Part shown: one piece after another, positions 39,783 through 51,988 of the stretch | How positions within the stretch are numbered: position 1 is the stretch's first letter | Layout of the letters: every line of letters starts with the position of its first letter | Source of the DNA: Nageia nagi | Taxonomy: Eukaryota; Plantae; Pinophyta | DNA: 64,000 bases | NCBI GenBank assembly: GCA_050084985.1 | Contig: JBITNC010000001.1 | Span: 75,826,001 to 75,890,000, forward strand | Direction of reading: 5' to 3' | Notes under the pieces: generated by a model | Seen by the model: only the letters and a program-made list of their open reading frames with translations | What the model was told of the DNA's origin: nothing | Database searches by the model: none | Position numbers and translations under genes: made by a program

Positions 39783-42700
39783 TGATATAAGGTACATAAA
39801 GATATATTTTGTTTTCTTTTGTGTTATGGATATTATGTTATTACTCTTAGTAGTAAGAAATGGTTGCTAATTTAAAGATAAGAAATACGACTTATTTTAA
39901 AACTATAAGGTAATTTTAGATGCTTAAAAATGATTTATTATTTATTTAATAAATCATATTGAGACTTCTTAAATGACTTAATGCGACTTTACATATGTCA
40001 ATATAAAGTTGATATTACAATTGAATACCATGTGTTATATTAAATGCTATATATTTTATCATATTTTATATTTTAAGGTATCTTGAATATAATAATAATT
40101 ATATTATTTCTAGAGGTCGACCTTCACTCCTTTCTATATCTTTTCATACTATATATGCAAGTGGAATAGGTTGACCTCCATAGATCGAAACTCTTTAATA
40201 TGATAAGATCTCTAATAGGTTATTATCTTATGCTATCTTCATCAATCAACGGTGTCCCTTTACACCACCTATTATAAGAAATTGTTATACTTTGAAATCT
40301 AAAACTTTCTCCTTTTTGTGCACGATATAATTCAGCATATCCTACATAGTTAACAACATGCTTCTCTTAGGCCATCACTAGCATGCATCTTTTAGATCAA
40401 GGATTTTAGATTTTGGTAGCAAAGGCTATTGATTCATACATGTGAAATCTCATCATGAACTCACCCCAATTTGATCACAATCCTTTGAAGATTCATTTAT
40501 ATCTATTTTCAAGGATTGTACATACACTTTATATCAGGTGCATGCTTTTCATGTATATTTATTGTATTTGATATAGTGTACATATTTATTCTTCTTATAT
40601 TTCAGATCATTTTATTTATTGTATATATTTGTATTTTACATAGTTTAGAGTTTACATTTTGATGAACCCAATATATCTTACCAACCCTAGAATTTTTATT
40701 TCAGGGTATTGCTTTCTCTAAGGAGTCTTGCATTGGAAACTGTTGATTTTGTTTTATTTTTGGTGGAATTATTTTTTCTCAAATTTAGAAAATTTTATTA
40801 CTTTTAAAAAAATTATTTTCCTAAAAAACTTCACTATAGAAAATAGCAATTTTTGGATGTCATTTTATTCAATCTGGTGGGATCTAGCATTAGAAAATTT
40901 TATCCAAACCATAGATAGATAAATTTGGAAAAACAATTTGATATTTCTAGGTCTAGATTTGCGTATTTTAATTAATTTTGAATATTTTTTTTCAAAAAAT
41001 ATCACATAAAAAAATTATGAATTTTGAAAATATTTTGCAAGTACCTGGTGACTTATTTCATGATAAAAACTTTTCAAAACCATAGGTCATCATAGTAGGT
41101 AACTATTTGAGATTAATTTAAACTTCTTGCATACACTTTTATCAATATCTCTACATATTTTCAAATAAAATGTTTTTGCTTAAACAATTGAATTTTGAAG
41201 GTCATTTTTTTGAAATTTGAAAGTTCTAACCTTATAAACCTTATCCCACATCATAAATATACATTATAGCAACTTGTTTGAAATCTTACATTGTGTAAAA
41301 TTGCTTATTTTATTATATTTCTTAAAGTTTTATGTAAAACTCTAGATCTTGCATTTTAGCATGGATATTACATCTAAAAGTGGTTTGCTTGAATATTTGA
41401 ATATGATAAGTGATTTATTTGTACCTTCTCCTAAACAAGAAATTTCTAAAGATATGGATATTATGCAAAATAATAATAGAAAATTTAATGATGAAATAAG
41501 TTTATCAAATTCATGCTTAACTACTATAAATGATGATATTCAAAATGATGTATCAATTATAGAAAATCAAGTGCATGATAATAATAATGATAATGGTAGT
41601 GATGATGTTGATGATGATAATATGGTTCAAATTGATTATAATGAAAATTTAAACCTTGAACCTATGGATAAATATGAAATGTATGATATTGCATTTGAAA
41701 ATTAGACATCTTAAGATCAATTCAAAAAAAATTAAGGACCATATTTTAGCCAATCCTTCTTTGATATTAGACATTTATACTAATCTTGAATTCAAGAAAA
41801 AATATCATGCATTTCTAAGGAAAGAATTAGATGCATCATTAGAAGATCCATATGTATGGAAATATTGTATACAAAAATTTGAGAAAAAGAAAATACAAAA
41901 GCAATAACATAAAGTCAACCTCAACAATCAAAACCAAAACAATATCGATGAAAATTGATATCTTAGGTAGATTTGAAAATATAGGATGTCCAAATTATAG
42001 AAAAATCTAGATAGTGTGCACATGTCATAAAATTTGATCCACCACCGATGGTAGAAAATAAAAAATTTAATAAGCAAAGCACATGGATAGTTTTAGTTCA
42101 CTTAGATCTAATTAAGATTGGATTATAGGAATATAGAATGCAAAGAGATTAGACTTTTCAAAAGTATCAATTTAGGATTGAGCTCCTTGATAAGATTTTG
42201 CAAATGGAAATGTTCAACACAATGTCTCCATTAGTACAACTTGAATTTATTGATTTTATTAAGAGAGTATAAGTAGCTCAAGGTATGGAAAATGCAATGG
42301 ATAACATAAACAAAGAAGGTCAAATTCTCATGGAAAAATATGTTAATATGATGGGGGTTCAACCATCCTTTAGTGCATCATAATTTCTAATTTTGTATAT
42401 CATATAGGATGCATTTCATATAGGTTACATATAATGAGTCAGTCCTTTGCATGTATTTAGTTACCATGGTAAATGTTATCAAGTTTTAATCATGCTATCT
42501 TTGCATCTTCATTTTTTCTATCATGTTCTATTGTTTTTTATTTTCTCTTTTTACATCTTTCATCATTATCATTTCATCAAGTCTTCTTCTTTCATCAAAT
42601 ATTTTTTATCTCTATATTTCATCAAGATTCTCAAATTTACTATGCTAATCAAATGTCTCATATATAAGGTAGTCTTTTGTGTAGTCATTGCATCCCATAT

Positions 42701-44461
42701 TAGTTGTATTTCATTAAAAAAAATGAGAGAAATCAAGAAAACATGGATATAGTCTTAACTAAGGGTAGTATCAGTTTTAGCTAGGGGTAATATAATTCTC
42801 AACTCGAGCAATATCAATTTTAGATAAGGGTAATATAATTTTCATTTACGAGAATAATAGAAATCAGAAGGTAAAAATTCAGAATTCAAAATCACAAAGT
42901 GCAAAATTGCCCATTCCTAGGGAATATAGATTAGTATAGGTAAAGTATATCATCCCAAACCTTTTGATATTGATATCAAGTTATGTTATAATTTTGTTTA
43001 TCATATTCATTATAAAATCTATTATAATTGATGAATTAAGATCACTATTACTTCTTTGAATATCTGATATGAAAAGTGAACATTGCATATGTTATTCTTA
43101 TGATAGTTATTTTAAACAAAATGCATGTTTTACTAGTGAAATATGAAAGGGCATAGTATCTCTAAAAATCTTGTATAATATAGCAGTATGGAATTATATA
43201 GACATGTAAATGGAATATTGAATGTCTAAATGGTTTTTTTTCAATATCAATTGAATGGAATTTTTCCCTTGAAATGCAATTCTATCATTCTCAAGCTATC
43301 AGTGGTGTGATTAAAATGAAATTATGGATGCTTTCAAATATTACCTATATTATCATGCTTTTAAAATTTTAAAATGGATAAAGATATCATGATATGGCTT
43401 ATGCATAGATGAAAAGTATATAAGATCAAAATTGATAAATTTATTGCTCATAATAAAAATATTATGCTATATGGAAATATGATTTCACAATCTTTATGAT
43501 ACTAACATATTATTAATTGCATTGAATTGAATATCATTAAAATTTGCACATATGATGTGACTATGTTATTGTTGCATGTATTTATTTTGGATTCATTGTA
43601 AATGGGCATGTTACATAAATCCTTGAATATCTATTTGAAAATACCATTATTTCACAAATATGCATTGAAATAGGAATGTAAAACAAAGTTGTAAAAGGTA
43701 TGATTGATAAATTCTATGAAATTCATGCTATCAATGGTGTAGGTTTACTTTGAAAATTAATGAAATCAAGCAATTCAATATGATCAAATATGCAATATTT
43801 ATATGTAAGGTCAATGAATATTTAAATATTTGGTATCATGGGAATGAAATTATATTGTTCAATGTTATGCTACAAATATTTTCAAGGCTATGTTCACTCC
43901 ATGAGCAAAATCTCTTATTAATTACAGGTTATTCCAAACTTAAGTCAATAAAAAGGATCTCATCAACTTGATAACCATGGTTATTTCAATCTTAGGGTAT
44001 TAAATCGGACCTCATTAGCTTAATCTTCATTAACTCTTGATGCCACCTATTATGAGAATTTGTTATAATTTGAACTCTAAAATTTTTTATCATTCATGTA
44101 TGGTATAATTTGACACATCCTACATAGTTGATGATGTGCTTCTCTTAAACCATCAGTGGCATGCTTCTCTTAGGCTATCAGCAACATGCATCTTCTAGAT
44201 CGATAATTTGAAATTTTGGTGTCAAAGGATATTGATTCATACATGCGAAGAGCCATCACGAGCTCACCTCCAATATGATCCCAATCCTCCAAAGATTCAC
44301 TACTATCTTCTTTTGAGGATTGTACATACATTTTCTATCAAGTGCATGCTTTTCATGTATATTTATTTTATCTGATATAGTGTACATATCTATTATTCTT
44401 ATATTGTAGATTATTTTTTTTTATTATGTATATTCATATTTTACACAATTTAGAGTCTACA
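39783..44461 (+). mobile_element. pol-less LTR element with tRNA-Trp-like PBS (left boundary uncertain)
   Basis: Direct repeats ~40262-40656 and ~44041-44461, both ending GAGTYTACA. PBS TGATGAACCCAATATA at 40660-40675. Decayed ORF at 41349-42380. No RT or IN motifs seen. Confidence 0.65.
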
Positions 44462-45869
44462 ATAATTATTTTAAATTTATCCTTCTTACTTTTATATTTA
44501 TCACTTAATGAGTAGTAAGATGTGGCTATTGAAACATAAATTTTATTGTAGTAAATATTATGTTATATATATTTTATTATGAAAAATAATATAATGATAG
44601 TTTGTGTCAAACATATGAATTAAATTTGATATTATTGAGATAAATATTAATAACATTAAGAGTTGTTCCTATAGTTGCAGCTGGGGTGGAGTGGAGAGCC
44701 AAAATATCACATGTGAGTTCATTTGTTAAATGTTGGCTTCAATATTTAAAAAAATGAATCAAATTTATTTAAAGAAAAGGATTAGCCAGATTAAAAAATA
44801 GACTTTAAAAACTAAATAAATATAATTTAAAAAGAATAGTCATGAATGATATCTCTCGATGTTTTTTTGATATATAAGAGGGTATATAAAAGCTATATAT
44901 ATACATTATATTATATTTTTTTATCATACCTTTTCTAAATGGTTTTGGTATATTATCTTATATGTAGATAAAATATAGAAGTTGATATAAAAATTGAGAT
45001 GTTCTTATTTCTAGATAAAGTAAGTAAAAACTGTTCAAAGAATAGTTAAGTGAAATTGGAATATTTCTCATGAATGGGTGAGGAAATTTTCTAAACATGA
45101 GAGAGCATAAATAAGGCATAAATGATCATCTATCAACAATGTATGTAACTATTCCATCCTCAAGTGTCATCTTGCCAAGTATCAAAATTATCAAAGAGTT
45201 AAATATTAAGATATAAGAGTTTTTCATACAAAGAGGTCTATTTTCCAAATTTAATGTTTTATGGCAAAGAGTTACAACTTTGAAATGATGTTAAATATTA
45301 AATGGAATTCATTTATAGAATAAGAATTTATTTCTTACCTAGTGATTTTATCCTAAATAGAATCTTCATGAGTGGTCCATAGTTTGTGTAGAGATGTAGT
45401 CTTTCATCTTCCTTGTTACAAGGAATCCATGCCTTAGGATCTCAAACTTTAAATTAGCCCAATGCCATTAAGGATGCATGAACTACTAATAAAGTTATAA
45501 ATTAAATATATTTTTAGGGTAATTATAAGTGAAAGCTAGTGAGGTTTTATTTGTTTTGGAAATCATGTAAATGAGACCCTTACCTTAGAACATTGCCTTC
45601 TCTTAACCCATTATATTAAAATATTGAAGGGATATTAGATTCTAATACTATATAAGGATATATTATTCAAATACATGAGATATAATAAGGTGGGATTGCA
45701 TTGAAATAAACTAACTAGATAAGAGATCATAAAGAAATATTAGAAAAAGAGAGAAAAAATGAATAAATTTTATGTAAACCTAAAGGTCAATTCAAACTAG
45801 GATAAGTGTATATAATATTATTTTTAACGGTGAGATTCTTCAAAAGAGTATTCACAACAATAAAATAAA

Positions 45870-46486
45870 GGGAAAATATCAAAAATATCCTTCCAATTTC
45901 ACATAATATCAAAAATACCTCTACTTTTTAAAAAAAATATTGAAAATACACCTGAAAATAAAAATAAAAAAGAAAAGCAGATACATAAAAAAATATAAAG
46001 TACAAAACCCTCTATTAAACTACTAAATAATATAGTTTATATAATATCATATATATTAACTATTAATTAGATATAAATATATACTTTTTACATTAATATA
46101 AATACAAAATAAAATGACAATTAACATAAATTAAATATATACTTTATAAACTAATGAAATATAAAATTAAAATTAAATAACAAATGAAAACAACATATGT
46201 TATTTAAATTAATTAAATATAAATATAAGTTACTATATTTTGTTTTTATTATTTTAAATAGTATATATTTATATTTAATTAATACTTTTAATATATTATA
46301 TTATATTTATATTATATTATATTATAAACTATAACATTTTGTAGTTTAATAGAAGCTTTCATTTTCTATATTTATTTGTCTATTTATTTTTCAACTTTTT
46401 CCTTCAAGAACATTGTTCATTTTTTAAAAAAAGTAAAAGTATTTTTGATATTGTGTGAAATTATAGAAGTATTTAGATATTTTCCC
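45870..46486. mobile_element. Foldback MULE/MITE
   Basis: Long TIRs GGGAAAATATCAAAAATA.. / ..TATTTAGATATTTTCCC extending >150 bp (CTATTAAACTAC / GTAGTTTAATAG). TSD TAAAATAAA / TCAAGTAAA (7/9). Confidence 0.8.
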
Positions 46487-46690
46487 TCAAGTAAAATCAA
46501 TGAATCTAAAGAATAAACCACTATTATCACTCTTCACCATTGAACTTGAGAAAATTCATTATGTGAGAAAAATATCATAATATAATTAATCCCTTAAAAA
46601 TATATATATATATATATAAACTATAGGAAAGGAATTGCTATTTGAGTTTCATAATATCTTGGGAAACTAATAATAATATTAGATATAGAT

Positions 46691-49055
46691 ATCTAAATAA
46701 ATATGCTTAAATAAGGGGAGCATAAATACTAAGAAAATCATAGTTCAACCATTACTTATGTGTCAATACATAAAATTAAGGGATGAAATAGAATCTATGT
46801 CAAACATAAAACCCAATTAAAGAAGAATAAATATATATTCAAGAAATTATTATGCAAGATCATGACAATATTTGAATTAGGATTTGTTGAATGAATTTCA
46901 CACCCCCCATCATCAATTTTGTAGATAAAAATTAGCATTTAATAACCCTTTCTATATTATATAAAATCAATTTAATCTTACATGCAAAAATGATAAATCC
47001 CTTGATTCAAATGGTTATGATATTTTCTCAAAATTAATAAAAATGGTACTCCAATGATAATTGGATGCACTAGTAGATTTTTGTACTCTGAGATAGTTAT
47101 TGGTGAACCTTACCAAGACCAAGGTCATGGTTTTCAATACTACCAAGGAGGTTATATCCCATCTTCATTTTCATCTCCAAGGATGAATAGTAGAGATCAC
47201 AAACTCCTAAGCCCACATTACATATGAATTCCTTCATCCACACTCACATTCATAAGGGATATGGTGCTCTTTCCTACTAAGTGGAGTTTCTTCAAAGCTT
47301 ATTTTTGATAAATTGTAGTACGGATGAAGATTTTTAATACCTTAGTTAAACCAATTATTACTTACAGTTCAGATATATAGGATCTTATTCTTAGTCTGAC
47401 TAAATGGTCTTGTGTTGAATGAGGGGTTAGTGGAAGAAGTTGGGTCCACTTTATGGCTAAAAAACTAGGAGTGTTTTCCTTGATTTTCAAATTTGGGCAT
47501 GATTGATCTCAAAATTTGAAGCATTTAGACATGTAATTATGAAAAAAATCCATAAGGTAAAAATGTAGTGCTCAAAGTCCAATTTTCAAATATATAATTT
47601 ATTCCAATACTTAGATGATAGAAATTAAATTTTGATAGGGATGACCAAAACTCACTTTTTAAAATATATTATTTTGTAATCATACCATGCACGTATTTGT
47701 AATGCATAATTTGATCAAACTCAAAGTATTTTTTAAAATCATTTTACGTATAGACACCTAAGACATTGAATTTTGTTCTAGATATTTTTCCATAATTTTT
47801 TCATGAACATTTTTTTTATTAATTTTTTATCAATCATGTTGGTTTTTTTCAAAAAGTGCTCATGTCATTTATTTATTTTATCTAAATAAATATGCTTAAA
47901 TAAGGGGAGCATAAATACTAAGAAAATCATAGTTCAACCATTACTTATGTGTCAATACATAAAATTAAGGGATGAAATAGAATCTATGTCAAACATAAAA
48001 CCCAATTAAAGAAGCATAAATATATATTCAAGAAATTATTATGCAAGATCATGACAATATTTGAATTAGGATTTGTTGAATGAATTTCACACCCCCCATC
48101 ATCAATTTTGTAGATAAAAATTAGCATTTAATAACCCTTTCTATATTATATAAAATCAATTTAATCTTACATACAAAAATGATAAATCCCTCGATTCAAA
48201 TGGTTATGATATTTTCTCAAAATTAATAAAAATGGTACTCCAATGATAATTGGATGCACTAGTAGATTTTTGTACTCTGAGATAGTTATTGGTGAACCTT
48301 ACCAAGACCAAGGTCATGGTTTTCAATACTACCAAGGAGGTTATATCCCATCTTCATTTTCATCTCCAAGGATGAATAGTAGAGATCACAAACTCCTAGG
48401 CCCACATTACATATGAATTCCTTCATCCACACTCACATTCATAAGGGATATGGTGCTCTTTCCTACTCAAGTGGAGTTTCTTCAAAGCTTATTTTTGATA
48501 AATTGTAGTACGGATGAAGATTTTTAATACCTTAGTTAAACCAATTATTACTTACAGTTCAGATATATATGATCTTATTCTTAGTCTGACTAAATGGTCT
48601 TGTGTTGAATGAGGGGTTAGTGGAAGAAGTTGGGTCCACTTTATGGCTAAAAAACTAGGAGTGTTTTCCTTGATTTTCAAATTTAGGCATGATTGATCTC
48701 AAAATTTGAAGCATTTAGACATGTAATTATGAAAAAAATCCATAAGGTAAAAATGTAGTGCTCAAAGTCCAATTTTCAAATATATAATTTATTCCAATAC
48801 TTAGATGATAGAAGTTAAATTTTGATAGGGATGACCAAAACTCACTTTTTAAAATATATTATTTTGTAATCATACCATGCACGTATTTGTAATGCATAAT
48901 TTGATCAAACTCAAAGTATTTTTTAAAATCATTTTACGTATAGACACCTAAGACATTGAATTTTGTTCTAGATATTTTTCCATAATTTTTTCATGAATAT
49001 TTTTTTTATTAATTTTTTATCAATCATGTTGGTTTTTTCAAAAAGTGCTCATGTC
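46691..49055. repeat. Young tandem duplication, ~1176 bp x2, with 13-bp filler
   Basis: 46691-47866 vs 47880-49055 differ at about 10 positions. Filler ATTTATTTATTTT at 47867-47879. Confidence 0.95.
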
Positions 49056-50946
49056 CATCATGCATTATTTGACCTAAACTTAATCTTTTTTCAAAAACTT
49101 TTTATTTTGTAGAGAATTCTCTTAAGCTTATCCTTATATATATTTTTTTCAAAAATCTTACAAAATAAAAAGTTATTAAGAAAATAAGATACCATCATAT
49201 TTCAAGTATATGGACAACGTTTACTAAAAACAAAAATAGAAAAATACTAAATGTTATCCAATTATAAAATAAATTACATATTTGAAAGCTCTGCTCTTTA
49301 ATCTATAAAGGCCTTTAATTTCATTAAAAAAATCTACCAAAAACTCCATCAAATGTATTCTTGAAGTTAGATTTTTTATTAAAATTACCATGAACACATA
49401 CTTGTAGGTCCAAGTGTAAGGGTTGGCCCACAAAGCCTTTGCCAAGCCTAAAATTGAGGTGAAATAAAATATTTAAATATCGAGATCTTGGTATATCAGG
49501 ATCATGATATATATTAAGATCTTGATATATAACACTAAAAAAATGCATGTATTTTAGTTTCAAATATCAATATCCTAATTTAAAATCGAGATCCTTATAT
49601 TTATTGGGATCTCGAACCTAAATTAGGATCTAATATTTTTTGATATTGAATTTTAACTTCATCCACTTCCCCTTCAAGTGGATTCAACTTCTTGCTTTCA
49701 CCCCAAGAATAGACACTTTTTTTTTTGAAGATTTATATAATTCAAATGCAAAATCCCTCACTCCATTCTCATTGTAGAGTTTGAAGCTTCATCTATTCAA
49801 TTAGAGATTATCTCAAAGATCATTATTTATCTTCGTAGGCTTTGTATTATGGAAGATATCCCTTTCAGATGTAGAAGGTACCCTTACCTTGGTTTATGCT
49901 ATTCGATGATCCTTTCTTTGAATGATAGGAGGATGCATAGGAGGTGGTATTCTAAAATATGTATTCTTCTATAAAGTATTCAGGTTCATATTGTTAGACT
50001 TCCTCCTTAATCCCTTGGAGTTTCTCCTTACAGAATAAGAAGGAAAAGATACTTCGTGAGATCTAGAAATATGTCAATCTCCATTATATACATTGAACTT
50101 GGATCTCTCCCATTACCTCTCTCTCCCCTAAGCTATCCTTTTATCATGAGAATGTTTTCCATATCCAAGATGACCAAATAGTGCCTCATTAATACCTCTA
50201 GTAATTTATGATACATGGTATACAGGTCTCCATTAGGAAGTTTTGAGTATGCTCCCATCAGCTTTGAGTTGAAGTAGATCACCATGTATCAATAGAGGAG
50301 CAAATATGTATGTTTTGTTCCCTAGGAGAAGTAGTCTAAATTGTGCATCATTTCATTTTCTATTATCAAATATACTATAAAATTAGAGCTAAATTTTATT
50401 ATCTTTTCAAGAGTGACTCATGATCTATATCAATATTTTTTTGTTGTAAGGACCAACATTATCTTAGACTTTACATCAGATAAGCAATCCATTTTCATTA
50501 GCACTAGAGCTCTCATGTACATGCCTCTCATCCTCCATAATATTGACTTATCATAGACAATGTACTAGTGGAACTTTGAGACTCCATACCAATGATGGAT
50601 AAAGATAAATCAATGACTTTTTTGGTAGTGATTTATCTATATCTGATATTGAAGAGATTAATTCTTGATGATATCTCATCTTTTCATAACATGTTTAACA
50701 TTCTTTGTATTTATTTTTTGTTCTCTTTAGTTGGGTGTTGTTGGTCCACCTACTTGTAGTTTTAATTGTCCTATTTTCCCAGTCCCTTGGGTCACTTTTG
50801 GTCCACCATGGACATTAATAATATTTTATTTCATTTCATTACTAGGGTAGTTTAGCTTCAAAATTAAACAAAAAATAAAATCAAATTCCTTATATTAATC
50901 TAAATTATTTGAGTATTTTTGAGTAATTAGTTTATGTAATATACAA

Positions 50947-51146
50947 AGCTCATGTGATAGGAAAGATCTATGTAATATACTATAAAGAGCTATAAAAAAG
51001 TAAGAAAGTATATTCCATAGCTCATAGCCCATGTAATAGGAAATATCTATGTCAAATTTGATATTTGAATTTGATATTAGTTTAACATAAAAATAGTAAG
51101 TATATTACATAGCTCATGTGATAGGAAAGATCTATGTCAAATTTGT
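50947..51146. repeat. Three copies of a ~27-35-bp motif at ~80-bp spacing
   Basis: AGCYCATGTRATAGGAAAKATCTATGT at 50947, 51026 and 51111. Confidence 0.8.
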
Positions 51147-51889
51147 AATATCAAATTCCTTATAACTGTAGTAAGAAAGTATACTTACAATATCAAAACC
51201 TATATTTAATAGTCATCGCATGTGTACATCTCCTCCATACATAGGTAAGCTTTCTATTGACCCTAATTAGTTTGCTTAGTTTTCACCTAGATCCTTGCAC
51301 TAAAAAATAAGGAAATAATATGAGATGATGTGCATGTCAAAATAAAAAATAATAATATAACATATATAATAAAAAAATATAGAGTATAGATTATCAATTA
51401 GATTTAAAAAATTAAAATAAAAAATATATTTTATTTTTGATGTTAACAGTTAAACTTTGTATCTTTCACCCTTCACTTTAATATTCTCATTACATACCTT
51501 TGATGGAAAGCATTTCAAACATATTTTTTATGAAAATAATTAAACATCATAATGCTTACTAAAAATATTGCCTAAAAAATATACTATCTTTTTAAATAGA
51601 AAATATATGAAAGAACGATTAAGAACTCATATGAAACAGGAATTTTCATTCTTCTCATCTTGTCAATTTTTCAAGATGTCAAACACTTTCATTTTAATTA
51701 CTTTAACAAAGAATCATATTCATCAAAATAAATCTGAAAAATCTTATTACCTGATTTTCAATCACTGGCATTGAATCATTTATGATTTAACTACGATCAA
51801 CAAATCAAGTTAAAAAGTCAAAAAAGAAAAATAAACAAATGATTCTTAAACAATTGAAAAATTTATCCTGTGTTGAACTCCTTGAATTT

Positions 51890-51925
51890 TTAAGGGTTGT
51901 TCAGATCTTCATCCTTCGCTTCCCT
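51890..51925 (-). CDS. Candidate alternative last exon of the MATE gene (REAKDEDLNNP*)
   Basis: 81-bp intron 52006-51926 with AAA|GTATGC donor, CTAAT branch-like motif, pyrimidine tract and GCAG acceptor. In frame. Confidence 0.5.
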   Translation of the reverse strand, partial: REAKDEDLNNP

Positions 51926-51988
51926 CTGCCATTCAAAATTGAAAGGATAAATTAGATTACAAACTTTTGGTATAAATCTGAATGAAAT

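Noticed and set aside
49680-50690. Possible minus-strand Copia gag remnant with decayed PBS (ACTCCATACCA ~50581)
   Set aside because: Too degenerate to support domains or boundaries by eye.
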